Of a stretch of 64,000 nucleotides of DNA, positions 56,389-64,000 are shown one piece after another; the stretch's first letter is position 1, and every line of letters begins with the position of its first letter. The position numbers were made by a program, and so were the translations under genes. Under the pieces are notes generated by a model. The model made no database searches. It was given only the letters and a program-made list of their open reading frames with translations, and was not told the DNA's origin. Location: assembly GCA_044368575.1 (NCBI GenBank), contig JBIPPH010000007.1, positions 1,180 to 65,179 on the forward strand. The letters run 5' to 3'. Source of the stretch: Bacteroidia bacterium (lineage in GTDB: Bacteria > Bacteroidota > Bacteroidia > NS11-12g > UBA955).

Positions 56389-59313
56389 ATGAAACAATTA
56401 AGTTTATTCTTATTAATGGTATTGGGCTTGAACCTATCGGCTCAAGTTAACTACAATACCTATGGCAAACGAACTCACGGTAATTACACCTATTCTGTAG
56501 TTACAGGTGATCCTACCCAATCAAGATGGTATGTATTGCCAAATGGTTTGACAGTGATTTTAGCAGTCAACAAAGACATGCCTAGAATTCAAACTATGGT
56601 GGTTACCAAAGCTGGTAGCAAAAACGATCCTTCAGACAACACGGGTTTAGCACACTATTTAGAGCACATGTTGTTCAAGGGTACAGATAAATATGGTACT
56701 CAAGACTATGCTAAAGAAAAAGTATACTTAGATCAAATTGATGCTTTGTATGAACAATATAACAAAACACAAGATCCAAGCAAACGTCAATCCATCTACA
56801 GACAAATCGACTCAGTGAGTGGTTTGGCTTCAAAATACAGTGTTGCCAATGAGTTTGATAAAATGTGTCAAGGTATTGGCGCTCAAGGTACCAATGCTTT
56901 TACCAGTGTAGAACAAACTGTTTATATTAATGATATTCCATCCAACAGAATACACCAATGGATAGAAATTGAATCAGAAAGATACAGAAATCCAGTTTTG
57001 AGATTGTTCCATACTGAGCTTGAAGCTGTGTATGAAGAGAAAAATATTTCATTAGACAATGATGGAGAAGAAGCCTATGAAAAAATGATGGCCTCATTAT
57101 TTAAAGCACATCCTTATGGCACACAAACCACAATTGGTACAGTTGAGCACCTTAAAAATCCATCTTTGATTAAAATTAGAAATTACTTCAACACGTATTA
57201 TGTGCCTAATAATATGGCAGTGATTATGGTGGGTGATTTTGTGCCGGAAGAAGTGATTGAAATGGTTGACAAACATTTTTCATACATGCAAGCTAAACCA
57301 GTTCCGCCTTTCAATTTCCAAATGGAATATCCTAGAGGAAGACCTGATAGTATTTCTGTGGTAGGTCCTGATGCAGCCAATTTAATGTTGGGCTGGCGTT
57401 TTGATGGCGCTGCTTCAAGACAAGCCATATTATTACGCATAGTAGACTTATTGCTTAACAACAGCAAAGCAGGTTTAATTGATTTGAATTTGGTGAAGGA
57501 GCAAAAAGTATTAAGCGCGAATTCTTCTCCTGAAATCATGAAAGATTATTCTGTTCATTTCTTAATGGGTAAACCAAAAGAAGGTCAAACTTTAGAAGAG
57601 GTTAAAGAGCTTTTATTGGCTCAAATCAATAAAATCAAAAAAGGTGAATTCGACGAAAATTTACTTAAAGGTATCATCGCCAACGCAATGGTTGAGAATA
57701 TTCAAAAGTATGAAGACAACCAAGGGGTAGCATTTGATTTATTAGATGCTTTTGTTACCGATAGAGCATGGAAAGATGTTTTGAATATCAATTACGAAAT
57801 GTCTCAAGTGAAGAAGCAAGAAATTGTAGATTTTGTCAATGAATTTTACACCAATGGCTATACAGTTGTCTATAAGCGCACAGGTGAAGATACTAAGCAA
57901 AATAAGATTGAAAAACCTGCTATCACTGAAGTAGAGTTAAACCGCGATAAATCATCTCAATTTGTAATTGATTTATTGTCAGAAGAGGTAGATTCTATCC
58001 ATCCTGCTTACTTAGATTTCAATAAAGATTTGTCTAAAGGAAAAATTGGCAATGTTGAATTGTTATACAAAAAGAATGACAAGAACCAATTATTCAATTT
58101 GTATTACTTAGTAGATATGGGTAGATATAATTTCAAAAAATTACCACTTGCCTTAGAATACTTGCAATTTTTAGGTACCGATAAATATTCGGCCAATGAA
58201 TTAAGTATGAAGTTTTATCAGTTGGCTTGTAATTTTAGTATCAGTGCTGGCGAAGATCAAAGCTATTTAACTTTAACAGGTCCTCAACAAAATTTCAATG
58301 AGGCCTTGGCTTTATTCGAAGATTTATTACAAAATGCAAAACCAGATAATAAAGCTTTAAAAGAGTATGTAGGCAGAATTTTAAAATCAAGGGAAGATGC
58401 TAAATTAAACAAACGCATGGTGTCTTCAGCCTTAAGTACATATGCTTTATATGGTGCTAATAATCCTAGAACCTATATTTTATCTAATGAAGAATTAAAG
58501 GCCTTGACTGCTACTGAATTGGTAGGTATAATCAAAGGCTTCTGCAATTTCAAACATCAAATTTTATACTATGGCCCATCAGATCAAACAGTCATTTCAG
58601 CTGATATAGCCAAATTACATAAGCAACCAAGCCAGTTCTTACCAACCCCTAAAGCTGTTGAATTTAAACCACTTCAATACACTAAAAATACAGTGTACTT
58701 TACCCATTTTGATATGGTTCAGGCTGAAATTAATTGGCGCTCTGGTGCTAATGCGTTTGATTTAAATAGATTGCCAATTGTATCAGCTTATAATGAATAT
58801 TTTGGTGGAGGAATGAGTAGTGTTGTTTTCCAAGAAATCAGAGAATCTAGAGCATTGGCTTATTCTACTTATTCAGTATATAGTGCGGCAAGCGAAAAAA
58901 ATAAAAATGATATTGCATTAGCTTATGTTGGCACCCAAGCCGATAAACTTAATGATGCCATCAAAGCGATGACAGAATTACTTACCAATATGCCTGAAAA
59001 CGAAGAGAGTTTTAATCAAGCTAAGCAGGCTATTTTAAGCAATATAGAATCTGAAAGAATCATTAAAAGTGGCATCCTATTCCAATATCTTGATGCCCAA
59101 GATAAAGGGGTAGACTATGACTACAGAAAAATGGTTTATGAAACAGTTAAGACCATAACTTTTGATCAAGTAAAAGCCTTTCAGATGCAGAACATTAAAA
59201 GCCGTAATTGGGGCATTGCTGTAGTTGGTTCTAAAGACAAAATCAAAGAAGCAGATTTAAAACAATATGGTGAGTTTAAAGCCGTAAGTTTAAAAGAGAT
59301 TTTTGGTTATTAA
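56389..59313 (+). CDS. M16 family (pitrilysin/insulinase-like) zinc peptidase, secreted
   Basis: HxxEH zinc motif in GLAHYLEHMLFKGT. About 975 aa, consistent with tandem active and inactive M16 halves. Signal peptide from the ATG at 56389. Confidence 0.8.
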   Translation: MKQLSLFLLMVLGLNLSAQVNYNTYGKRTHGNYTYSVVTGDPTQSRWYVLPNGLTVILAVNKDMPRIQTMVVTKAGSKNDPSDNTGLAHYLEHMLFKGTDKYGTQDYAKEKVYLDQIDALYEQYNKTQDPSKRQSIYRQIDSVSGLASKYSVANEFDKMCQGIGAQGTNAFTSVEQTVYINDIPSNRIHQWIEIESERYRNPVLRLFHTELEAVYEEKNISLDNDGEEAYEKMMASLFKAHPYGTQTTIGTVEHLKNPSLIKIRNYFNTYYVPNNMAVIMVGDFVPEEVIEMVDKHFSYMQAKPVPPFNFQMEYPRGRPDSISVVGPDAANLMLGWRFDGAASRQAILLRIVDLLLNNSKAGLIDLNLVKEQKVLSANSSPEIMKDYSVHFLMGKPKEGQTLEEVKELLLAQINKIKKGEFDENLLKGIIANAMVENIQKYEDNQGVAFDLLDAFVTDRAWKDVLNINYEMSQVKKQEIVDFVNEFYTNGYTVVYKRTGEDTKQNKIEKPAITEVELNRDKSSQFVIDLLSEEVDSIHPAYLDFNKDLSKGKIGNVELLYKKNDKNQLFNLYYLVDMGRYNFKKLPLALEYLQFLGTDKYSANELSMKFYQLACNFSISAGEDQSYLTLTGPQQNFNEALALFEDLLQNAKPDNKALKEYVGRILKSREDAKLNKRMVSSALSTYALYGANNPRTYILSNEELKALTATELVGIIKGFCNFKHQILYYGPSDQTVISADIAKLHKQPSQFLPTPKAVEFKPLQYTKNTVYFTHFDMVQAEINWRSGANAFDLNRLPIVSAYNEYFGGGMSSVVFQEIRESRALAYSTYSVYSAASEKNKNDIALAYVGTQADKLNDAIKAMTELLTNMPENEESFNQAKQAILSNIESERIIKSGILFQYLDAQDKGVDYDYRKMVYETVKTITFDQVKAFQMQNIKSRNWGIAVVGSKDKIKEADLKQYGEFKAVSLKEIFGY

Positions 59314-59332
59314 TTCACACATTCAATACAAT

Positions 59333-59365
59333 AAAAAAAGGGGTTATTAATTAACCCCTTTTTTT
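59333..59365. terminator. Bidirectional rho-independent terminator between convergent genes
   Basis: A7 run, then GGGGTTA, TTAAT loop, TAACCCC, then a T7 run. Perfect 7-bp stem. Confidence 0.85.
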
Positions 59366-59390
59366 ATGCTTTTAATTATCGGCAATTACA

Positions 59391-59819
59391 TTAAAATCTG
59401 CTCCAAGGAATGCCAGCTAATAAGCAAACCATTGAAATGCCTATAAAGATCAAACTAAATTTTTTAACTAAGGCTTGTTGGTCAGTGTTTTTGATTTTAG
59501 CATAGGCAACATGAGCCATTACAAATGCCACTAACATTAATACAAAATGCTCAACTGCTATTTTTCTAATAGCAGAGGTTGACATAACGTGTCCCATGCC
59601 TTCAGAAAAGGCTTTAATGCCAAATGGGCTATCACCAAAATACAATAAAAATCCGAGCGTTAACTGTAAATCACAAATTATCATAAAGATCAGAGCTGGC
59701 AATTTACTTTTGCTGCTGTGTTCTTGGTTCAATTGAGGCAGAACCATAGCCAATGCACCTGCCACTAATACCAACCATCTGGTATGTGAGTGTGCGCCAA
59801 GTAAAACTGAATAATCCAT
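59391..59819 (-). CDS. Small 4-TM membrane protein, function unknown
   Basis: 142 aa, hydrophobic, several conserved His. No family assigned. Confidence 0.5.
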   Translation of the reverse strand: MDYSVLLGAHSHTRWLVLVAGALAMVLPQLNQEHSSKSKLPALIFMIICDLQLTLGFLLYFGDSPFGIKAFSEGMGHVMSTSAIRKIAVEHFVLMLVAFVMAHVAYAKIKNTDQQALVKKFSLIFIGISMVCLLAGIPWSRF

Positions 59820-59839
59820 AATGTTTAAAATGTATAGGT

Positions 59840-61585
59840 TTAATTGTTGAGTAAGTTAATCGCTTTTTCCTTGATGTCTGAAACGCTCAAATGGGTATTT
59901 TGATAGAGGCTGTCCATGCTACCATGTTGTACAAAGCTATCTGGAATGCCCATAGAGTCAACAAGTATATCTGAATTTTGTTTGCTTACGTATTGAGCAA
60001 TGTGAGAACCAACGCCTCCAATTTGACTGTTTTCTTCAACGATTAACAAGGTTTGGTGTTTACACATTAAATCATCTATAAAAGCTAAATTAAGGGGTTT
60101 TATACAAAACAAATCATATACCGCAACCTCGATATCTTTCAAGGCTTCAAGGCAATGTTTAACCATACTGCCTACCGCTATTACGCCCAAAGTACTTGTT
60201 TTGTTTTGTACACAAAAAGATGCTTGCAAATCAATGCTTTTAAAAGGCGAATATTGGTACTCGTTACCAGCATTACCTCTTGGATAACGAATCACAATCG
60301 GTCCAGTTGTATGAGTTACTGCAGTATATAAAGTTTGTCTTAATTGTTCTGCATTGCTTGGGCAAATAATATGGGTATTGGGTATACTTTGTAGCATAGC
60401 CAAATCAAATATACCATGATGTGTTGGGCCATCTTCACCTACTAATCCTGAGCGATCAACCGCTAAAATTACAGGTAAGTTTTGAAGGGCAATGTCGTGA
60501 ATCCATTGGTCCATACCTCTTTGTAAAAAGGTTGAGTAAATAGAGCATACCGGCTTTAAACCCGAAGCTGCAAGGCCTGCTGAAAAGGTCAATGCATGCT
60601 GTTCTGCAATGCCAACATCAAATACTCTATCAGGCATTTTTTCTTGCATATAGTGCAAAGAACTACCCGATATCATTGCTGGTGTTACAGCAACAATTTT
60701 TGAATCGAGTTCTGCCAATTCACTTAATGTTTGACCAAACACATCTTGATACTTTATGCCTTTTCCAATATTGGAAGTTGCCTTACCAGTAAGTTTGTCG
60801 AACTGAGAGGTGCTGTGCCATTTAGTTTGCTCCATTTCGGCTGGTGCGTAACCTTTGCCTTTAATGGTTTTTATGTGAATGATTTTAGGGCCTTTGACTG
60901 TTTTGCTGGTCTCAAAAACTGCAAGTAAGTCTGCAATAGAATGCCCATCAACAGGTCCCCAATACTGCAATCCTAAGTCAGTAAAAAAGTTATCATTCTG
61001 GGCATTTAGGTGATTGAGGTAATCGCCCAATGCCCCTTGACTTGGATCAATGCCAATGTGATTGTCATTTAAAATAATCGTAATATTAGAAAGCGAAGTG
61101 CCTGCATTATTGAGTGCTTCAAAGGCTTGACCTGCACTTAAGGCACCATCGCCAATAATGGCAATATGTGCTCTATCAATGCCTTGTAATTTGGCCGCTT
61201 CAGCATAGCCTAATACCGCAGAAATAGAGGTTGAAGAATGCCCCGTTCCAAAGGCATCATAAGCGCTTTCGCTCATTTTAGGGAAGCCACTTAGGCCTCC
61301 AAATTGTCTGAGTGTATTGAATTCAGATTTTCTGCCAGTCAACCATTTGTGAGCGTAGGCCTGATGTCCAACATCCCAAACCATAATATCATGAGGTGCA
61401 TTGAAGCTTTTGTGCAAGGCAATGCTCAATTCAATAACGCCTAAATTGGCGGCAAAATGACCGCCTGTTACAGCAATCTGTTCTATGAGTGCTTGCCTTA
61501 AATGTGACGCATATTGGGTCAATTCAGGCAAGGATAATGATTGAATATCTTGAGGTGATTGTATGTTATCAAAAACAGATTTCAC
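59840..61585 (-). CDS. dxs: 1-deoxy-D-xylulose-5-phosphate synthase
   Basis: GGHFAANLGVIEL, DVGHQAY and IIGDGALSAGQAFEALNNAG (TPP-binding) signature. 581 aa. GTG start. Confidence 0.95.
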   Translation of the reverse strand: MKSVFDNIQSPQDIQSLSLPELTQYASHLRQALIEQIAVTGGHFAANLGVIELSIALHKSFNAPHDIMVWDVGHQAYAHKWLTGRKSEFNTLRQFGGLSGFPKMSESAYDAFGTGHSSTSISAVLGYAEAAKLQGIDRAHIAIIGDGALSAGQAFEALNNAGTSLSNITIILNDNHIGIDPSQGALGDYLNHLNAQNDNFFTDLGLQYWGPVDGHSIADLLAVFETSKTVKGPKIIHIKTIKGKGYAPAEMEQTKWHSTSQFDKLTGKATSNIGKGIKYQDVFGQTLSELAELDSKIVAVTPAMISGSSLHYMQEKMPDRVFDVGIAEQHALTFSAGLAASGLKPVCSIYSTFLQRGMDQWIHDIALQNLPVILAVDRSGLVGEDGPTHHGIFDLAMLQSIPNTHIICPSNAEQLRQTLYTAVTHTTGPIVIRYPRGNAGNEYQYSPFKSIDLQASFCVQNKTSTLGVIAVGSMVKHCLEALKDIEVAVYDLFCIKPLNLAFIDDLMCKHQTLLIVEENSQIGGVGSHIAQYVSKQNSDILVDSMGIPDSFVQHGSMDSLYQNTHLSVSDIKEKAINLLNN

Positions 61586-61714
61586 TGCACAAAAATAACT
61601 AAATTAACGATTTTATAAGGTTTTATTTATAATTCGATTTTGCTAGTATTTACTTGGGTTTAAGCGCTTTAAATTCGGTTTTGTCAAATGCCCATATAAT
61701 TGTAATTTTGCGCC

Positions 61715-64000
61715 ATGTCAGTCAGCAAGGCAAAAGACAAAAAAAATATGGATTTTTCAGACTTCAAAGCAGAAGTATTAAACGATTATAAATTGGTATT
61801 TGAAAGCCGTCAAGCAAGTTTACTGGGTAGAAAAGAAGTGCTTACCGGTAAAGCCAAATTCGGCATTTTTGGAGATGGTAAAGAAGTGGCTCAAATAGCC
61901 ATGGCCAAAGCGTTTCAAAAAGGGGATACCAGAAGTGGTTATTACAGAGATCAAACCTTCATGTTTGCTACTGGTATGAATACCATTCAACAGTTCTTTG
62001 CTCAATTGTATGCCCATACTGACGCAGAAGCAGAACCTAACAGCGGAGGCAGAAGTATGAATGGCCATTTTGGTTCAAGACAATTGGATCAAAACGGTGA
62101 GTGGTTACCTCAAACTGACCGCTACAATTCTTCTTCAGATATTTCTCCAACTGCAGGTCAAATGCCACGTTTATTGGGCTTGGCCTTAGCCTCAAAATTG
62201 TATAAACAAAACCCAGAGTTACATGCTTTCACTGAGTTTTCAAATAAAGGGAATGAAGTCGCATTTGGAACCATTGGCAATGCCAGTACCAGTGAGGGTG
62301 GTTTTTGGGAAGTGATCAATGCTGCGGGTGTTTTACAAGTGCCTTTAGCGATGAGTGTATGGGACGATGGTTACGGTATTTCTGTACCTGCTAAATACCA
62401 AACCACTAAAGAAAACATCAGTGCTATTTTGTCTGGTTTTCATACAGACGAAAATGGTGTTGGTGTAGATATTTATAAAGCAAAAGGTTGGGACTACGCT
62501 GAGTTGTGTAAGGTATACCAAGAAGCCATTCAACATTGTCGCAATAACCACAGGCCAGTACTCATTCATATCACTGAAGTTACTCAACCACAAGGTCACA
62601 GTACTTCAGGTTCTCACGAGCGTTACAAATCAAAAGAGCGTTTACAATGGGAAGCTGATTTTGATTGTGTAAAGCAAATGCGCGAGTGGATTGAGAAAAA
62701 ACAATTGGCTACCGCTGCTGAACTTGACGCCTTAGAAGCTGATGCAATAGAGTATGTGAATCAAGCAAAGAAACAAGCTTGGGAAGCCTATTTGGCGCCA
62801 ATTAAACAAGATTTGGCAGCCGCCCTTGAGGTCTTGTCAAACATTGATCATGCCTCAGCTACTGCCGCCATTCAGCAACTTAAAAGCATCAAAGATCCTA
62901 TCCGTAAAGACATAGGCATGGCTGTGGTGAAAGTACTCACCGAAACCCTTCATGACAATAGCCCATCAAGAGCCGCATTAAAAGCCTTTTATGAGCAGTT
63001 TTTGCAAGATAACTTCAAGCGCTATTCTTCACACTTACACAGTGAATCGTTTAAAAATGCCTTATCTATTCCTGAAGTAAAAGCAGAGTATAACGATGCC
63101 AAAATGGTAGATGGTAGAGAAGTGGTTTTGGCTTGTTTTGACGCAGCACTTGAGAGAGATCCTAGAGTGTTTGCATTTGGTGAAGACGTTGGTACCATTG
63201 GTGATGTGAATCAAGGTTTTGCCGGTATGCAAGAAAAATACGGTGAAATCAGAGTGAGTGATACCGGTATCAGAGAGTTAAGCATTATTGGTCAAGGTAT
63301 TGGTGCCGCCATGAGAGGCTTAAGACCAATTGCTGAAATTCAATACTTAGATTATTTGTTGTATGCGCTTCAAATTATGAGCGATGACATTGCCACCCTT
63401 CAATACAGAACCAAAGGTGGTCAAAAGGCGCCAATCATCATTAGAACCAGAGGACACAGATTAGAAGGAATTTGGCACAGTGGTTCTCCTATGGGCATGA
63501 TCATTCACGCAGTTAGAGGTATGCATGTATGTGTTCCAAGAAACATGACTCAAGCAGCTGGTATGTATAATTTATTATTACAAGCAGACGAACCTGCATT
63601 AGTAGTGGAGTGTTTAAATGGTTACCGATTGAAAGAAGCTTTACCAACAAACATTGCTGAGTTTACGGTACCACTGGGTCAACCAGAAGTTTTAAATGAA
63701 GGTAGTGATGTTACCATCGTTAGTTATGGCAGTACTTTAAGAGTGATTCAAGACGCTATGCAAAAATTGCAAGCGGTAGGTATCAATTGCGAATTAATAG
63801 ATGTTCAAACTTTATTGCCTTTTGACATCAACCACAGCATTGTGGAATCTGTAAAGAAAACCAATAAAGTTGTGTTCATTGATGAGGATGTTCCAGGCGG
63901 TGCAAGTTCATACATGATGCAAAAAGTATTGGAAGAACAACAAGCCTATAGGTTCTTAGACGCCTCTCCAATGAGCATCTCAGCTAAAGCCCACAGACCA
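61715..64000 (+). CDS. Fused alpha/beta E1 component of a 2-oxoacid (branched-chain/pyruvate-type) dehydrogenase; 3' end runs off the window
   Basis: The ORF from the ATG at 61715 is open to the window end (762 codons in frame). It is absent from the supplied ORF track, apparently because there is no in-window stop. The alpha part has the TPP motif ...EGGFWEVINAAGVLQVPLAMSVWDDGYGISVP. The beta part has ...VVLACFDAALERDPRVFAFGEDVG... and a transketolase-C-like end. Confidence 0.85.
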   Translation, partial: MSVSKAKDKKNMDFSDFKAEVLNDYKLVFESRQASLLGRKEVLTGKAKFGIFGDGKEVAQIAMAKAFQKGDTRSGYYRDQTFMFATGMNTIQQFFAQLYAHTDAEAEPNSGGRSMNGHFGSRQLDQNGEWLPQTDRYNSSSDISPTAGQMPRLLGLALASKLYKQNPELHAFTEFSNKGNEVAFGTIGNASTSEGGFWEVINAAGVLQVPLAMSVWDDGYGISVPAKYQTTKENISAILSGFHTDENGVGVDIYKAKGWDYAELCKVYQEAIQHCRNNHRPVLIHITEVTQPQGHSTSGSHERYKSKERLQWEADFDCVKQMREWIEKKQLATAAELDALEADAIEYVNQAKKQAWEAYLAPIKQDLAAALEVLSNIDHASATAAIQQLKSIKDPIRKDIGMAVVKVLTETLHDNSPSRAALKAFYEQFLQDNFKRYSSHLHSESFKNALSIPEVKAEYNDAKMVDGREVVLACFDAALERDPRVFAFGEDVGTIGDVNQGFAGMQEKYGEIRVSDTGIRELSIIGQGIGAAMRGLRPIAEIQYLDYLLYALQIMSDDIATLQYRTKGGQKAPIIIRTRGHRLEGIWHSGSPMGMIIHAVRGMHVCVPRNMTQAAGMYNLLLQADEPALVVECLNGYRLKEALPTNIAEFTVPLGQPEVLNEGSDVTIVSYGSTLRVIQDAMQKLQAVGINCELIDVQTLLPFDINHSIVESVKKTNKVVFIDEDVPGGASSYMMQKVLEEQQAYRFLDASPMSISAKAHRP

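Noticed and set aside
1-64000. tRNA, rRNA, CRISPR arrays, IS elements, integrases, phage genes, toxin-antitoxin or restriction-modification modules
   Set aside because: Intergenic gaps are at most 206 nt, AT-rich, and lack tRNA-like GC-rich cloverleaf segments. There are no direct-repeat/spacer arrays. No transposase, recombinase, nuclease or ATPase defence signatures were seen in any ORF. The window looks like core chromosome rather than an island.

Overview
This looks like a gene-dense chromosomal segment from a Bacteroidota genome, possibly Flavobacteriia or Sphingobacteriia. The taxon call is an inference from several observations. The sequence is AT-rich, roughly 38% GC by eye. Four proteins carry Por/T9SS C-terminal sorting domains. 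There is a murF-alr fusion, a fused E1 alpha/beta alpha-keto-acid dehydrogenase, and an exbB-exbD-exbD cluster. TAnnTTTG-type -7 promoter motifs are present.

I can support about 57 protein-coding genes on both strands, with frequent 1-10 nt overlaps that suggest operons. Housekeeping genes include apbE, murF-alr, metK, radA, purE/purK, class II RNR (nrdJ), maf, recR, mce, iscS-iscU-iscA, dxs and a fused 2-oxoacid dehydrogenase E1 (3' end truncated by the window). Secreted or T9SS cargo includes a 1.7-kaa C25 (gingipain-like) peptidase, a CocE/NonD S15 hydrolase and a PKD protein. Peptidases include M13, an M48-like protein, M16, C1/PepC and a rhomboid.

I found no rRNA, tRNA, CRISPR, transposase or integrase. 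Several textbook rho-independent terminators are visible.

The most notable candidates are:
(i) a two-gene operon encoding a minimal SET-domain lysine methyltransferase followed by a lysine/alanine-repeat histone-H1-like protein, bracketed by its own promoter-like region and a strong bidirectional terminator, with two GNAT acetyltransferases nearby;
(ii) an archaeal-type ether-lipid module, consisting of a PcrB/GGGPS-family prenylglyceryl-phosphate synthase translationally coupled to a 12-TM membrane protein, with a UbiA-family prenyltransferase 6 kb away;
(iii) an operon of M48-like peptidase, outer-membrane barrel, lipoprotein and recR;
(iv) a phosphosulfolactate synthase (ComA) homologue.

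All functional calls rest on motif recognition by eye. No database searches were run.
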